A DNA stretch of 62,961 bases, filler included, from Dimargaris cristalligena (lineage: Eukaryota), in NCBI GenBank assembly GCA_003614675.1. It is 6 parts of 6 records of this genome, joined end to end, with 100 filler letters (N's around TTAATTAATTAA, not from the genome) between each part and the next. Parts side by side here need not be neighbours in the genome. Positions count along the whole stretch, not along the records: positions 31,560 to 41,963 come from ML003187.1; positions 42,064 to 52,464 come from ML003188.1; 4 more parts are not named here. One strand, given 5' to 3'. Position 1 is the first letter of the stretch. Every line of letters starts with the position of its first letter. The notes beneath the pieces were generated by a model. The model was given only the letters and a program-made list of their open reading frames with translations, did no database searches and was not told the origin of the DNA. Positions 38,892 through 52,312 of this stretch are shown here, one piece after another. The position numbers and the translations under genes were made by a program.

Positions 38892-40400
38892 ATGCGGCTC
38901 CTGTCTGTGTGTATTCACAAGAAACTCTTTTCTTTTTAGTTTTGCTTATCGAATAGTCGACCCATTCCATAATTGTCCGCGTTCCAGCAGCCCCTCCCGA
39001 TATCAGTTTATTACATACCAGCTCACACTACCTCTTCAGTTGTATTTTTTTTGTAGTGGGCCTGTGCCCGCCCTTCTCTGGGTAATTAGTTATCCTTACC
39101 CAATTCATTAGTATATATGTATATATATACGACACACACACATATATATATATATATATATTTATAGCCATCAAACCTATCCATGCCACTAGACTGCCAT
39201 GAGCACTGGTACATTCGAGACTAATTGTTTGTGCGGGATATGGTGATTTAGATAGAGTTGGTGATGTATTTTTTTCATTTTTTTTTCACATCGTTCGCCA
39301 GCGGAACTATTCATCGCACCTCTATGATATTGTAGTTTTTGCGTATGCGGGGGGACCTACAATTGAGGGGGCTGGCCATTTCTCAGTCGATTCGGGCCAA
39401 CTTCCCAGCTATATTATTTCTTAATTAAATACATAGTGGGCTTAACTCGGTATGTTATTTTATCACATAAATGGACACTTAATTATTACTATTTATGATC
39501 AATTATATGGTTAGGTTATCTGCTGGGGGGTATGGTGTACAGTTATGGCGTATTCCAAGGTAGGGGTTTTTATAGGCACGGTAATTGGGCTACTAGCGAG
39601 GCTTGGTGCTGGTCGGGGCCAGTTTAGTTTAATAGATAGTATGATACATAATTCACGGAATCCTAATATCTCTTTACTTTACAGCGTATGAATGGAGTGC
39701 ACAATTTGACTACCAATTCTATCAGCCCCACAGGATTTGGCGAGGATACGCATCTGTACCACCCACCAAGTCCGTTTCCAAAATATATTTTAATTTTAAA
39801 ACAACCCCTCCCACCTCGATGGAGAAGCGTCACTGCATCCTGCCCCCTAAAGCCATCGTATTCTCCTGGTATAGTAGTAATATATGAAGTGGGAGGAGGG
39901 GAAAATCCCAGTTTCCTAGTTGGATAATAGTGATTAGATAGGGAGGGAGTACATTGTCAAGGGGACTGGCTAATGAGCGAGACCAACCACCAAAGGCGCT
40001 TTGCTGCGGCTCCTTGTGAGTGGTGGTGGGATATGGCCAAATAGGTTCACAGGAAAGGAGAACCTACGGCTCCATTAACCAGAGCCTGTGGAAAGGCCAG
40101 CAGCTATTTAGACCCTTCTTCATTATGGTCTCCCCCCTTTTTTCTTACTCAAACGACCCTTTTCCCATTACGAGTTAGGCTTTTGTTACTTTGTCCAAAT
40201 TCCCTCGTCTGAGTAAGTAAGGCAGAGTGAGGACACTCGGCTTCGTCAGACTAAGTTTCTATAATATATATATATATATATAGTTATTTGGGTTTCTGAA
40301 CCACTATCCGCAGCAACTCGGCCAATCACACCACCTACTTCACACTCGCCCTTGTAGTTCCTTCCTACCTACCGCCCATTCCCCGCTTTTTGTAGCTGCT

Positions 40401-41963
40401 ATGCATCGCCGAGGACGTAACCGTATACAGGGTCCTAGCTCAGCCTTGACGAGTTTCCTGCGCGAGCAGGGAATTAGCCTGGATGTCCAACGCCAGGCCC
40501 GAGACCGCCACGAAGCGCATCTGCGCAACCACCAAGAGGCCACTGCGGACCAGCCCGACGGTACTCCCAGTGATGGAGAGGAGACCGAACCGTCGCCTGT
40601 GGAATCAACTGCCGACGACCCGTCTATTCCCAGCGACGGCCCAGATAACAGTGGATCGAATGACGATAATACCCCTGCGGCCGCCTCGACCGAACTCATG
40701 GTCATTACGGTAGTTGCCCGGCGGGGCTCATCCCGTGCCGCCAATAATAACCGCCTGGTCCTGGAATCGCAACGGAAGAAAGGGGCCAAGAAGCCGGCAC
40801 CGTCGGATGATTCCGATACCGATACCGAAATGACCGGGGGCCAACCTGGCTCCTCCTCCCGGCGGGCGGCGGCGGCGAATAAACCCCCAAAACAGGCGCG
40901 CGGCAAAATGCTATTCTGTGAAGTGTGTCGGTGTCGGTTTCTATGCAAGGATCCGGCCGCCGTTCCGCCGGGCCCGTCCTCCTCTAGTACTCCGGCCCAG
41001 CGGATCCTATGCCCACCTTGTTTACGCAGTGTCGCCAGCGCTGGTAATGGGGCAGGGGCGTGCCGGAAGCCAGTGGCAACGAAAAGGCGCAAAATCAAAA
41101 AGACCGAAATCGGGTTTGAGACCCAAGAGGGGCCGCTTTCCCTGGTGGACCAGTGTATCCGTCTAATCGGCCAGTATATCCAGGACGTGGAGTCCCTGGG
41201 TGAAATCAGCGACGCTCACTTGGATACAATCTGCCGCATCATCAGCAAGCGCCGCGAACTGACTCCCGAGTCCCTTCGCCTGTTCCTACGGCCCAACAAA
41301 ACGGTTCTGCGACTGTACGACGCTACTCGCTTACCCACCGCCAGCTTGGCCGAAGTGGCTTTTTTTTGCCCCCGGCTGACTCGCTTGCACCTCGACTTCT
41401 GCGGGCGGTTGGATGATGACACCCTGGCCATCATGGCCACCCAGTTAACCGGACTGGAGGACCTGCATTTACACGGCCCGTTTTTAGTGACCGACGTCGC
41501 ATTTGGTCTATTCTTGGACACCCGAGTACCCCAGTTACACAGCCTTTCCCTCAGCCAGGTGCCGCGGTTCGCCGAAAGGGGTATGCGGGCCCTGGTCGGT
41601 GGGGGCCACCGCCTTCGTAGCATCACGTTCGCCAGCTGTGAACGAGTGGATGATGCTTGCCTTCGGCTGTTGACTGATCCCAACCATAGCGAGGTTGATG
41701 GGCTGGAATACTTGGACATCAGTCGACCGGGGGCGGCCACCGCCGTCGGCGGGGTGGTCAATACCTACGAACTCCAGGACGAAACCTTACTGCGTATTCT
41801 CTCCCGGTTTGGCCAATCTCTCAAAGTTCTGAACCTCGGTGGTTGCCATACCTTGACTGACCGGGTTCTGTTGAGTGGGCTGTTATGCAGCTGCCCTCGC
41901 CTGGAATCCCTTAATGTATCCGAGTGTACTTCATTTACCACCCCCGGACTGGCCCGCCTATTT
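40401..41963 (+). CDS. RAD7: Global-genome nucleotide excision repair LRR protein Rad7, 3'-truncated by the contig end
   Basis: N-terminal IQGPSSALTSFLREQGIS motif, CEVC...LCPPC zinc ribbon, SLVDQCIRLIGQYIQDVESLG segment, then RNI-like leucine-rich repeats. Confidence 0.9.
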
Positions 41964-42063
41964 NNNNNNNNNNNNNNNNNNNNNNNNNNNNNNNNNNNNN
42001 NNNNNNNTTAATTAATTAANNNNNNNNNNNNNNNNNNNNNNNNNNNNNNNNNNNNNNNNNNNN
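41964..42063. other. Artificial contig linker
   Basis: N44-TTAATTAATTAA-N44. Confidence 0.98.
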
Positions 42064-42118
42064 TAATTTCCCGGGCTTCCACGCTGGTGGTAGCCAAATG
42101 AGTGGGTGGTGCTTCCCC
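42064..42118 (-). repeat. 55-bp exact inverted copy of 43328-43382 at the contig start
   Basis: TAATTTCCCGGG...GGTGCTTCCCC is the reverse complement of GGGGAAGCACC...CCCGGGAAATTA in PHAF1 exon 1. The peptide GEAPPTHLATTSVEAREI appears on both strands in the ORF track. Confidence 0.95.
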
Positions 42119-42364
42119 CCGCCTTTCGCCATCCTTTAAGTTCGGTTTAAGTGGAAGTCCGTATTGGAAGTGAAATGGGACATGCCTCTCCATTGTCTAT
42201 ACCTATTTCTTGCTTTCCTCCCGTACAGCTGCCAGCATTCCTGCCTTACCCGTTACCTTCTTCCTGTGACGACACCCTTTTTTATATATTAACGAAACTC
42301 GAACGCCCTCATTCCACCAACGCTTCCCATCTCCCACTCTTCCATTACCAACGCCCACAACACC

Positions 42365-44523
42365 ATGCCCTTGGCGCTGTCCGAGCACCGTGGCCAACTC
42401 TCGTTAGACCTTGTCCCGGGCAAACGGGCCGGCCCTTTTATTCTCGGTGCGCCCGTCGGGCACATGGTACGACTGCTGCAAACGGCGCCGCACCTCATGC
42501 CCCAGGTTGACTGCAAATATCCCGAGGATGACCCGCTGGCCACCGACTGGGTTCTCGGGCTCCACCACGCTCCTCCGCCGCCCACAGAGGCAGAGGCCGG
42601 GACGGAGTCCTCGGGCACTCTAGGCCGGGGTAGGTGCGGGACCAGCCTCCTGTTCGAACCGACTAGTCAGCGCCTCCGGGCCGTGGTCATTCACAACCCT
42701 TCGTTACTGCGGCTCACCTACCGCTCTACGGAGTGTCAGTCCAACAAGACGATTGCTACGGGCCTACTCATTAACCGTATATTTGGGCCCACCCACCCGG
42801 GCACCTTCCGGGCCGATACGGGAGTGTTTACCTTGCACTATCCCGGTATCTCCTTTGAGTTTGCCATTCCCGAGCGTCACCGGGGCCTCTTTAGCCAGCC
42901 CGGGGATGGATTGCCCCTCGAGTTCCCCGACGGCACGACCCCGCCGTGCAGCTGCATTTACCTCTACCACGGTGTCGACTGGTCGTCGGCGCTCCCGCCC
43001 TCGCCGCTCACGTACGCCGCCGTTTACCGGGCCCTGACGGACCTGCCGTCCGTGACCTTTGCGACCGACTGCAGGGGCACGCTGAACCAGGGTCTAACGG
43101 TGACTCTCCATGACCACGGTCTGCTACCCACCACAGTAGTGTCCCCGCCTTCGTTTAACCGGGAGGCCGAAACCCGGACCCGGCACGTTTTAATCCTACT
43201 AGGCCTAACCACCGCTCAGGACCTGGTCGCGGACCTGGGTCAGCCCGAAACGGTCTTCTACAAGAACGACGACAAAATGAGTATTCATGCCCCCGGAACC
43301 CCCGACGAAGGCGTGGCCGTCCGGCTCGGGGAAGCACCACCCACTCATTTGGCTACCACCAGCGTGGAAGCCCGGGAAATTACCGACTCGGGCCATCGAA
43401 CCTCCACCCGCCGAGCGTCCCATCATTGGGAGAATCGACAAGGTAACCCCCTCTCCCCTTTTCTTTAAATGTAGTTCGTGAGCTGATGCGTATGGAATGA
43501 CACTGGCAAGCATACCTCAGTCGCTGGCCGGTTCCCTTTATAATCCGCATAAGCCGAATTGACGGGTCATCGTGTAGCAAGCGAGTGGAGCATCCGGTTC
43601 GTTTTAATTACAATGAGAACTTTAATCATACTCTCTCTATTGGTCTGCGTCTGTATCCTGATCCTGTCGGCGGGCATTTTATCAGAGCACTCGGCCCTCG
43701 GGAGGGACTACTTTTTCAACTATTACGAAATGGGGTTCGACGTGCTCCTGGATGGCAAAAGCCACCGTTGCAAGAAGATTGTTCTGCACGGCAATATCCC
43801 CGGCCACTACGATTTCGGACGGTATCGCAAATGCGAGTTCCAGTTAGACTTGGCGGCATCGGGTAAGTTGGCAATAGGAGGAACCGTTGGTCAATGGTAT
43901 TTGACCACCGGGAGCGATGTAGAGATCGGCTTACAACCAGGGATATGTGGGGGGTGGATATACCCTGGCCCCTGTTCGAAAAAGGAGACAGAAGGGTTAT
44001 TAGATAGGCCCCACCGATGTTTTGTTGTTTAATATTCATTGTGATATGTTGCCCACTCTTCTGCCTTTACTCTCTCTGTTTTTATTTTTCAGATGGCCAA
44101 GATCCTTCTCTCGTGACTGTTGGGCCTGATACAAAGGTAAGATTCCCCCATCCATTACTCCATCGGGTGCTCTCCTCGTTACGAGCTCTGCCGATTCCAG
44201 TCGGATGGCCTTTTTAAACCGATCCGCCGTAATTTAATCTGTGGAAGATGGAATCGATATTTCCCCCGTAATTTTTACCATTTACTAATACATACTCCGT
44301 GAATGATACCTGTTGGACTTTATTTTTGCACATTGGCCTCAATCAACCCATAAAGTGGAAATCTATTAGCAACATTGTCAATACTGATGGCCAGCCCCCC
44401 GTTGTGTTCAGCCGGGGTTCCAGCGATCAGAACCCCTTTGGATCGACCCTTTTCTACGGTCAGGCGGGAATCATTTTTGAAATTATGAAGAATGACAGCA
44501 TTCCAACCTTTACCCTTTTCTAA
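42365..44523 (+). CDS. PHAF1: Phagosome assembly factor 1 (C16orf70/UPF0183 family), 4 exons, ~488 aa
   Basis: Exons 42365-43442, 43686-43862, 44093-44136, 44356-44523 join in frame. Motifs FGPTHPG, LHYPGISFEFAIP, QDLVADLGQPETVFYKNDDKMSIH, DYFFNYYEMGFDVLLD...KKIVLHGNIPGHYDFGRYRKC and NPFGSTLFYG..IIFEIMKNDSIPTFTLF. Confidence 0.92.
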
Positions 44524-46504
44524 TGTACCCCCCCTCCCTCATGTACTCATCGGAAGCCATTCTATTGACATTAGCATTGAGCCAACATTATACCCCACCG
44601 TGCGTCCGCCTGGATTCATTAAGATACGGGGTTCTCCTCCACCCTCGCCCACATTATCTATCCTTCCAAGTCATAAACCAACCAGCTACCAAAGTTACCC
44701 GGATGTGCAGAAGGAGGGAGGGTGCATATTTCGACCAGACATCCCTACTTGTGCGCATATTCCTGTTATACTACTATTACTCTCTCCCCCCATATGTGGA
44801 TATTGCCATATGATGATGCATCCCATCGTATCTCCTGACGGGGGTTTTCCGGCTAGCATCTCCAATTTCAGTAAAGAAAAGAGGGGGTGTCATCAGCAAT
44901 GGCGACTGGACATTTTGGGATATCTGTAAATTTGGTACTGTCACGGGACCATAGGCTGTACGCTGATAAGCGTCACGATGATCACACGGCTTGCGCAAGT
45001 CCTTTAGGATTACATGCCTCGCTAGTCCATTTTTTTTTTCGCTTTAGGCCTATTTCCCCGGTGAGGTTAAGCCAAGATATTGGCTTTAAATGGTGGGAGA
45101 AAGACCCTCCCCACTAAATTATGTATACCCCGTTTTTACATTTCCATACCTTAGTCTGTACGACATTACGTCTAAAATTGACCATCCTTTAATATCCGTA
45201 GACTAGTCGATCACAAATAAACCCTCCCGGGGCTAATCATTTAATTCGAATTTAACACTCGGCTAGTCCTTTCGTCATTATAGGAAGACGGGATAGCCGC
45301 CAAGACACCCGCTTGGGATAAGCCGGGGGTGGAAATACGTGTAATGATGCTGTTTTTCGATAGTAGGGCTCTCCCCATTGCCGGTGACGAACCAATCCCC
45401 CCCTAATCTCCGCCCCTCGGATAAAGGGCCCCACTGAAACAATCCTTGGCAGCAGGATTAGTTCATCCGATCTATAGAATATCCAATATCAAATAAGCAT
45501 TCACGGGTAGTCGCTAGTTCAATAGTCAAATGATTTATTGGGTGGTTTTGGAAAGGGATAGTATGTAAAAGAACTGCACTGTCCCGGAGCTTGCGGTGGA
45601 ACGTGTCACGGCAATTACGAGTATGGAGCCAATGATACGATAGTCTGGGATCGTTTTAAATAAACATCCGGCAGGGTTACACAAGGTTCGGGGGGTCATG
45701 ATCTAATGGCCTTTGTCCGAAAATTAAACCAACCAAAGAAATATTAGAATAGTGGGAGGGGGAGTGTGGAGGCCCACGTGTGTACAGCCCCCGTCTCTCC
45801 GTCCTAATCCTGAGAGCCCAGTGGATATGTAGAGTGAAAGTAGGTTAACCCAATAGCCAGTAGCTTCAGGGAAATATATAGAGATAGATATGTACTTTTG
45901 TATATAAACTGAGGGATGACGGAGATATATAGACAGTTATAAAAATGATGGAATGTAAATAAAATAAAATAGGCAAATCGAGCGAGATCAGTAAAAATAC
46001 AAGGGTACATCACCCAACGGAGCTAAAATGGAAAAATGCGAGGAATTAAATGAGATGAGGGGGCGAGTGGCGCCAGACGGGAAGAGAAGATGAGTGAGAT
46101 GCAACGGAGGCAGGTTAATCCCAAATAGGGACTGTGAAGAGGAGGAGGGACGGGTAATGATGTAAGCGAAGTGAGCAAGATGTAGCGCTAAGAGGAGAGA
46201 GGATGGGGAGAAGTCGAGATTAAGCGCGAATCCAAAATTTTGGAGCTAGATTAAAGTATAAGCGACAGTTAGTGAGGGGAATCGCATCCCCTTTCCCATG
46301 GATTGTCGAGCCGAGAGTACCATTAGAATTCTGAGCAACGGCTACGTGTGTATCAAATAGGGAATATAAAAAGAAGCGCTAAACAAAGCGGTCGATCCTC
46401 GGCCTGGATTGGCCAATCGGCTCTCCCACCCCCTTTTAATATATTCACACATTTCTCGTCCTTCGTTTATACGTTAACAGGCCACTCCCCGCCAGTCGTC
46501 GGGC

Positions 46505-48184
46505 TTAGCCCTGGATAGGGCAGGGCGCGGTGGGAGACACGCTGGCAAAGGAAGGGGAAACCGAAAAGAGACTATAGGACTGTCCGCCCAGCTCAGACGA
46601 GAGGTAGAGGTCAGACGAGGACGAATGGTGGGGATGGTAAAAGGGGGACACGGCCGACAGGCGGTGAGTGGCCACGTGGGGGGGATGAGAGGCGGAACGA
46701 CGCCGGTTGGCCTCGGGGATGCGGATAGGGGTGGTGGCGTAGAAGGGACTCGCATCGGGGGCGTATGCGTCATCATCGGAGGAGGAGTCCAAGCCGGTGG
46801 GGTCGACCAGCGCCACCACGGGGGACGAATGGGCGGAGGCCAGGGGGGCAATGTCCATGTATTTTTGGGAGATGCTGCGGGTCGCACTAGCCGACAGCGG
46901 GTCGAAGCCGGGGTCGGCTACTGAACTGGTGGCCATGGCAGCGGACAGGGATGCGCCAAAGTCGTAGCGGTTGGCCAGCTTGGCGGCGCTCATGCGAAGG
47001 AATCCGGGGTCGGGGGATTCCCCAGTGGGCGGGGGGGGCACGGCTCCCTCGGCGGGGCAGGGGTTGAAGAAATAATCGGTTTGAAGGTGGGTGGGATCCG
47101 AGCTCGACCGGCGGCGAAGGACGGGGGAGGAGGCGCAACGAGCAGGGGATGGGGACTGGTAGCCGTACTGGATATGGTAGTTTTGGCCGCCGTTGTTGTC
47201 CCAGTACTCCTGGCCAGCCACCCGATAGCGCAAGCAGAAGAAGAGGGAGCGACGACCGCCAGTAGCCGGGACCAGGTCGAGGGGGAGTTCGAAGCCAAAC
47301 CGGTCAATGGCCGGGGAGCCCTTGGAGCCGGGGGCCGCGCTGTCGGCGTAAGTGGCCGTGGCCTCCTGGTAGGACTGCCAAAGATCGGTAGTGTAGCGCA
47401 CGGCCAGGGACTTCTGAAAGGCCAAATTCTGCACCTGAACAGTGCCCAGGAGGCGGTCCTTGGCCTGGGAGAGGGCGATGTTCTCTAATTTGACGGGGCG
47501 GGAGTGGAACAGGGTGACGGTGGGGGGCGGGAAGTTGACCAGAGAGACCACGACCTCAGAGTTGCGAGGGGAGAGGGGCTCAGGGTCGCTCTCGGAATCG
47601 AAGTCTGATTCGCTGTGGAAGTATTCTTCGGTATTGCCCACCACGGAGGGGGTCTCCGCCTTGAGGAAAAGCTTGACGCGCTCCAGGTTGGCGTCGAAGT
47701 GGACCGACTTAGTGGGGGTCACGGGGGACGACCGACAGCCGGTCACCCGGGCGTTGGGCTTGAGGGCGGGCTTGAGGGGGCCGGTGGGACGGCTGGAGGG
47801 GCCAAAGTAACCGGGGCTGGGTAGCTGGATAGTGAGTTTGGGGGGAGAAGGGGTGGCCAGGGAGACATGGCGGGGCCGGGGGCTGTGGGAGCTAGCGGCC
47901 TCGGGGCCGGCCACGGTGGGCACAAAGGTGGTCCCGAAGCAGCCGGACACGGTGAGGGAGGTGAGGTGCGGGGGGCTGGTGCTGGCCTTGCCCCAGGGCA
48001 CACTATACGAGGGAAGGGGGGTGGGAGTCAGGCTCGTGGGGGGCCGAGCGCGTGGGCTGGCGTGCAGGGATACCCGCCGACTTCCACGGGTCGCCGAAGC
48101 CGGGGTGGGTAGGTGGCTGAACATACCCGACGAGTGGACGTCTGGCGGGAAAGAGGGGGAGACGGGTGAGGTCTTGATGGACAT
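46505..48184 (-). CDS. Protein phosphatase 1 glycogen-targeting regulatory subunit with CBM21 domain (Gac1/Gip2/Pig-like), intronless, 559 aa
   Basis: LKPALK and RVxF-type KSVHF PP1-docking motifs. CBM21 signatures GTVQVQNLAFQKSLAVRYTTDLW and FCLRYRVAGQEYWDNNGGQNY. Confidence 0.92.
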   Translation of the reverse strand: MSIKTSPVSPSFPPDVHSSGMFSHLPTPASATRGSRRVSLHASPRARPPTSLTPTPLPSYSVPWGKASTSPPHLTSLTVSGCFGTTFVPTVAGPEAASSHSPRPRHVSLATPSPPKLTIQLPSPGYFGPSSRPTGPLKPALKPNARVTGCRSSPVTPTKSVHFDANLERVKLFLKAETPSVVGNTEEYFHSESDFDSESDPEPLSPRNSEVVVSLVNFPPPTVTLFHSRPVKLENIALSQAKDRLLGTVQVQNLAFQKSLAVRYTTDLWQSYQEATATYADSAAPGSKGSPAIDRFGFELPLDLVPATGGRRSLFFCLRYRVAGQEYWDNNGGQNYHIQYGYQSPSPARCASSPVLRRRSSSDPTHLQTDYFFNPCPAEGAVPPPPTGESPDPGFLRMSAAKLANRYDFGASLSAAMATSSVADPGFDPLSASATRSISQKYMDIAPLASAHSSPVVALVDPTGLDSSSDDDAYAPDASPFYATTPIRIPEANRRRSASHPPHVATHRLSAVSPFYHPHHSSSSDLYLSSELGGQSYSLFSVSPSFASVSPTAPCPIQG

Positions 48185-49454
48185 TCTCCGAGGAGTATTT
48201 GAAGAGGGAAGGGGGGAGAATAAGGCTAAGCCTTCGACTAGACGAGTAGAACAACCACCGGGAAGTAGGGGGAAGGTTGTTGATTAGAGCCAGGGGAGAC
48301 TGGGTAATTGATTTTTTTTCTCGACTAGTGAGACTAAAAATAAACAGGAAAGGACCGGCGCACGACAGGGTATGCGTGTCTGTGTGTATGTGAAACTGGT
48401 GGTAGTGAGCAGGATAGAGAGGCTCTACTATCTATCTGGCTATATCTATACAGTGTGGGGGGTTCCAAATATCCAATGTAGGATGAGGAAAGGGAGGGGG
48501 AAACAATTAAAAGGGACAGGGGGGAGAATACAAACTGGTGGTGGGGAAATAATACCCGATATATCGAAGAATATCAAGTTCGATGGCAGTGTATGTATGT
48601 ATGTAGATGAGAGCAGGGGGGTGTAAAGTGGTACACAGCCGAGAAAGGGGGGAAAGGTCTCACGGCTAATGGATATCAAATCGCAGAGAAGCGAGGGAGG
48701 GAAGCACTAGGAGATGTGTGATAAATACAAGGAAAGGGATAAAATGAGGGTGTTGTGAGAAAATAATGTGGTAGGGAATTATAATTAATGTACAGCAATC
48801 GCGGGGGAGAACGGAAGAAGGGGGGAGAGACGCAAGTATATATATATATATATATTTAGGGGAGTCGGTCTATATCAAGGGAGCGACAGTCAAGGGTAGA
48901 TGGAACAGTGATGAAAGAACAAAGGACGAGGAGGGAGGGAGAGAGTGTGGGATAAAGGATTAAAACGAACCGGGGTTAGTTAGTTAGAGGGAGGGAAGAG
49001 GTGGAAATGAAGTAGTAGTAATAATAGTAGAAATGATGGAGCGTGTGTGCAATAGGAGAAGAGAAGGGCTAAACCGGGAGCTACGGAAAGCAGACAGTTG
49101 AGCAGCAGTCCCGCTTGTATATAAGAGAGAGGGGAGATGACGACGACTTGTGAATAAGGCGCGGGAAGACAGAATTGACAGGGGGAAGTAAGTGCCAATG
49201 GCAGTGGAGCGGGCTGAGCCAAAGGGGGAAAAACGGGGCCAAGCAGAAGAGCGCAGGGCAGGCCAAAGATGGGATAGGATAGAATAAAATAAAATAATAC
49301 GCGGGAATTGAGGCCGGATAGCGAGGGAAAACACTTAAGAAAAAAATAGGCAGCCCAGGAAGTAACGAATGGCGGGCAGGGGAGCAAAAACACGGTGGTG
49401 TGGGTGGCCAGTGGCAGAAGAGGTTAACGGATAAGGCGGTGCCGACTAGGGGCC

Positions 49455-49461
49455 TTTTATA
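49455..49461 (-). promoter_or_regulatory. Putative TATA box for the CBM21 gene
   Basis: TATAAAA on the minus strand, followed by ~1.2 kb of pyrimidine-rich sense sequence down to the ATG at 48184. Confidence 0.35.
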
Positions 49462-50566
49462 CACTGGAGTCCCACTGGTCAATGAAGATATGCGCATATA
49501 GAGAGAATAGAGATGGAGTGATAAAAGAGAGTGTGAGTGAGTGGAGGAAGGGGGTGTTTGGTGCACAATTGGGTAAATGTATGCGCAATCCCAATCCTCT
49601 CTTCCCAGCAACAAGGGCCCTGTTTGTGTATATGGGAGGGGGGGTAGGGTTATTAGTAGTTGTATGCGCATTGACATGGTGATCCCTGGATCCTATACAA
49701 CAACAGGGCTTAGAGGGTTGATGGGCTTGATAAGCAGCACTGCTCCCTAAAATCATTGGCCAACTAAAGGATTGCCATTCCCATTGGCCACCGGGGCACT
49801 ACTTCTTCTCCCCTTCTATTTCGGCAACTATCGCTGGCTAAGATTGGTGGCCACTGCCGACTCACATCTAGCAGCAGCCACGAATGAAGAAGAATATAGC
49901 CAGATTTTAGTATTTTGGATTATTGACTCAGACACGGCCCTTTTATCGTCAGTATCACGCCATTATCTTATCCGAATCCCGCCCCTCCACCCGGCCCGTC
50001 CCTCACTCACTCAAGACCCCTCGGGTTCGTCATCGGGACTGGTGGTTACGGCAGGGTAAAGCCCACTACTACGACTTCTAGCCCGCCCGCGTAACCGACA
50101 GGAGTGAGGTGATATATAGTAGAGAGAGAGAGGGGGGTAAATACAAGGGGGAAAACCCTGATGGTAACGGACCAGTGGTCTGGTCCCAGTTTGTCCAATG
50201 TACTTCACTTACTTGGCCGTATTGATAAAACAGTAGCAGTGGGTGTGGTGGTGGTGATTATGAGGAGACAGGGCTATTTCGGGCTTAATTAAACTTCGGG
50301 TAAAAGGGTATGTGTGCTACCACGCCCTAAATACAGCATTCCTATATCGCTTGCTGCCCCCCCCCCACACGCCCTCTCTCTCTCTCTCTGTGTTCCATGG
50401 GGACGACAAATAAGGGGGAAACAACCTCGAATAGTATCCATTTCCCGCGATACGCCTCGCCGGGGGGGGGGAGAGGGAAATAAGGGGTGCCAAGGTCCGT
50501 TCTTGTAATAACGAGGAGGAGGAGTGAGGGGAATACACCTCCCCAGTTATTATTCCTTAGCCATTG

Positions 50567-50629
50567 GTTAGGGTTAGTTAGTTAGTCAGTTGTTAGTTCG
50601 TTAGGTCGTTAGTTAGTTAGTTAGTTAGT
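50567..50629 (+). repeat. Imperfect (GTTA)n microsatellite
   Basis: GTTAGGGTTAGTTAGTTAGTCAGTTGTTAGTTCGTTAGGTCGTTAGTTAGTTAGTTAGTTAGT. Confidence 0.85.
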
Positions 50630-52312
50630 GATGTGGTGTGGTGTGGTATGGCTGAGTGGAAAGTGGGGGGGGGGTCAATTAATATCGCCCGTTATTATTG
50701 TCCTTTGGAACAAAACACAGCCGCCCCCTTTGGTATTCTTCTGGCGGGGGTGTACTATTTATTATTAATCAACAACCCCCTGTGTAATCGCGATGGCGGG
50801 CACCCCACTTCAGCTACCCCTTTCATTACCCACTACTACTGGTGGTAACTTGACCCCCCGCCGTGTGACCCAAAAATATTACCATTTTAATGTCCGGGTG
50901 CAGCCAGCACTCATCACCCGGCGCTGGCCGTCGTGATCCGCCTACTCTCTCTGCTGCTGATGAATCAGGTGTGACGACTAATTCTGGCCTGCTGGATACC
51001 TTATACCATCACCATTATTATTAATCAGGCCAGTAAAGGTAACCCTGGCAATAAACGCAAAAGGTCTGTGGAGTCCACGTTGTGGTGACACCGGCAGATT
51101 CGGTTCCAATGGCCTAATCACCGGTGGGATGTTTTAACTTCGTAGGAGCTGCGTACGGCCAGGCAATCCTCCCCTCCCTCATTGCTTCAATGTCCTTGGC
51201 GCAACCCTCTGCGGCCGGTCAAAGCATTATCATTACTATCCCCACCAGCATTGCCTATCAAGAAGCCCCCATGTTGCAGCTGTAGATAGAGGTAGGTAGG
51301 CAGTTACTAGCCCCCTGCATCATTTCCATCGAAGCCTACACCGCAACTCCCCAGCTGGGAAGTCCCTCTTTCCTATATATCAGTCCGAGTAATTAATTTA
51401 CGCGCGTCACTCCCTAAGCGGATCTTGGAGAGAGAGAGAGAGAGAGAGAGAGACATCCTGCCCCATTGTGAACCAACGCCGACGTCAGTGATTAACCCAT
51501 CGAGTCTCTTGATCGAGACCGATGCCCGTCACCGACCATCCCTCTTCCCCGACAAGTTCTCTCCTATTCCTTGCTGCCGTCCTTTGTCTTGCCAACCGGG
51601 AACTGGTGGATGTTGACCGAGGCAGTGGTATCCACCCTAAACTTGCTCACCCCCCTCCCCTCTTTGACTTGCCACACAGCCATTGACCATTGTGGCACAG
51701 CGGGCCTAGTACCATGCCGCCTAGTAAATTAAACCCGGAGCATGATGCTATAGGGCAGGGTATCCTGAGTAAAAGGTCCGTGGAGCGGCATGCATAGTTG
51801 GGATTGATTAGGCAAAACACCTCCGAGATAATCCACCCCGGTCCTCTTCATCGCCACGGTAGGATACCTTACTGGATGAAATGGCAATCTATTACCGCCC
51901 TGTATTAGTTATCCGTATATCCAGAGATAATAAATCGTAATAGGCGGAGAATGGACAAACGGGATTCATGTGGTTAACCCTAACTTAGAGGGTTGGTTGA
52001 AATGGCCCAGACTCTATAACGTGGGATAGACCTGCATAGTAATCACACTCGGTGGGTTGTGGATTGTTTGATGATGAAGTGCGACGGGGATTGGCCGCTC
52101 TGTTTTATTGTCATTTGTATATATATTCTCACTACGGCTTGGTTTGGCGGAACAGCCCCTCCTATCCTACGGGTATTGTACGGCTGCTGCTGCTATATGG
52201 CGCGGCTCCATGAGGTCATACGCTGCTTAGGGGTAGGATTCGGGTGTAGTGGTTTGGGAACATCCCTTTTCTTTCTAACCTGGACAATGGCAATGGTTGC
52301 AATATGGTGGAT

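Noticed and set aside
39112..39161. (AT)n tracts as 6mA-methylated ApT clusters
   Set aside because: Such tracts occur in introns, leaders and downstream regions alike. They are ordinary microsatellites, and methylation cannot be read from sequence.
46474..48287. Overlapping alternative-frame and antisense ORFs on the CBM21 gene (similar ones on pacC, RAD7, PHAF1, symplekin)
   Set aside because: Expected shadow ORFs of GC-rich coding sequence; no independent motifs.
50567..50629. Telomeric repeat
   Set aside because: Only one TTAGGG unit inside a (GTTA)n microsatellite, and internal to a contig.
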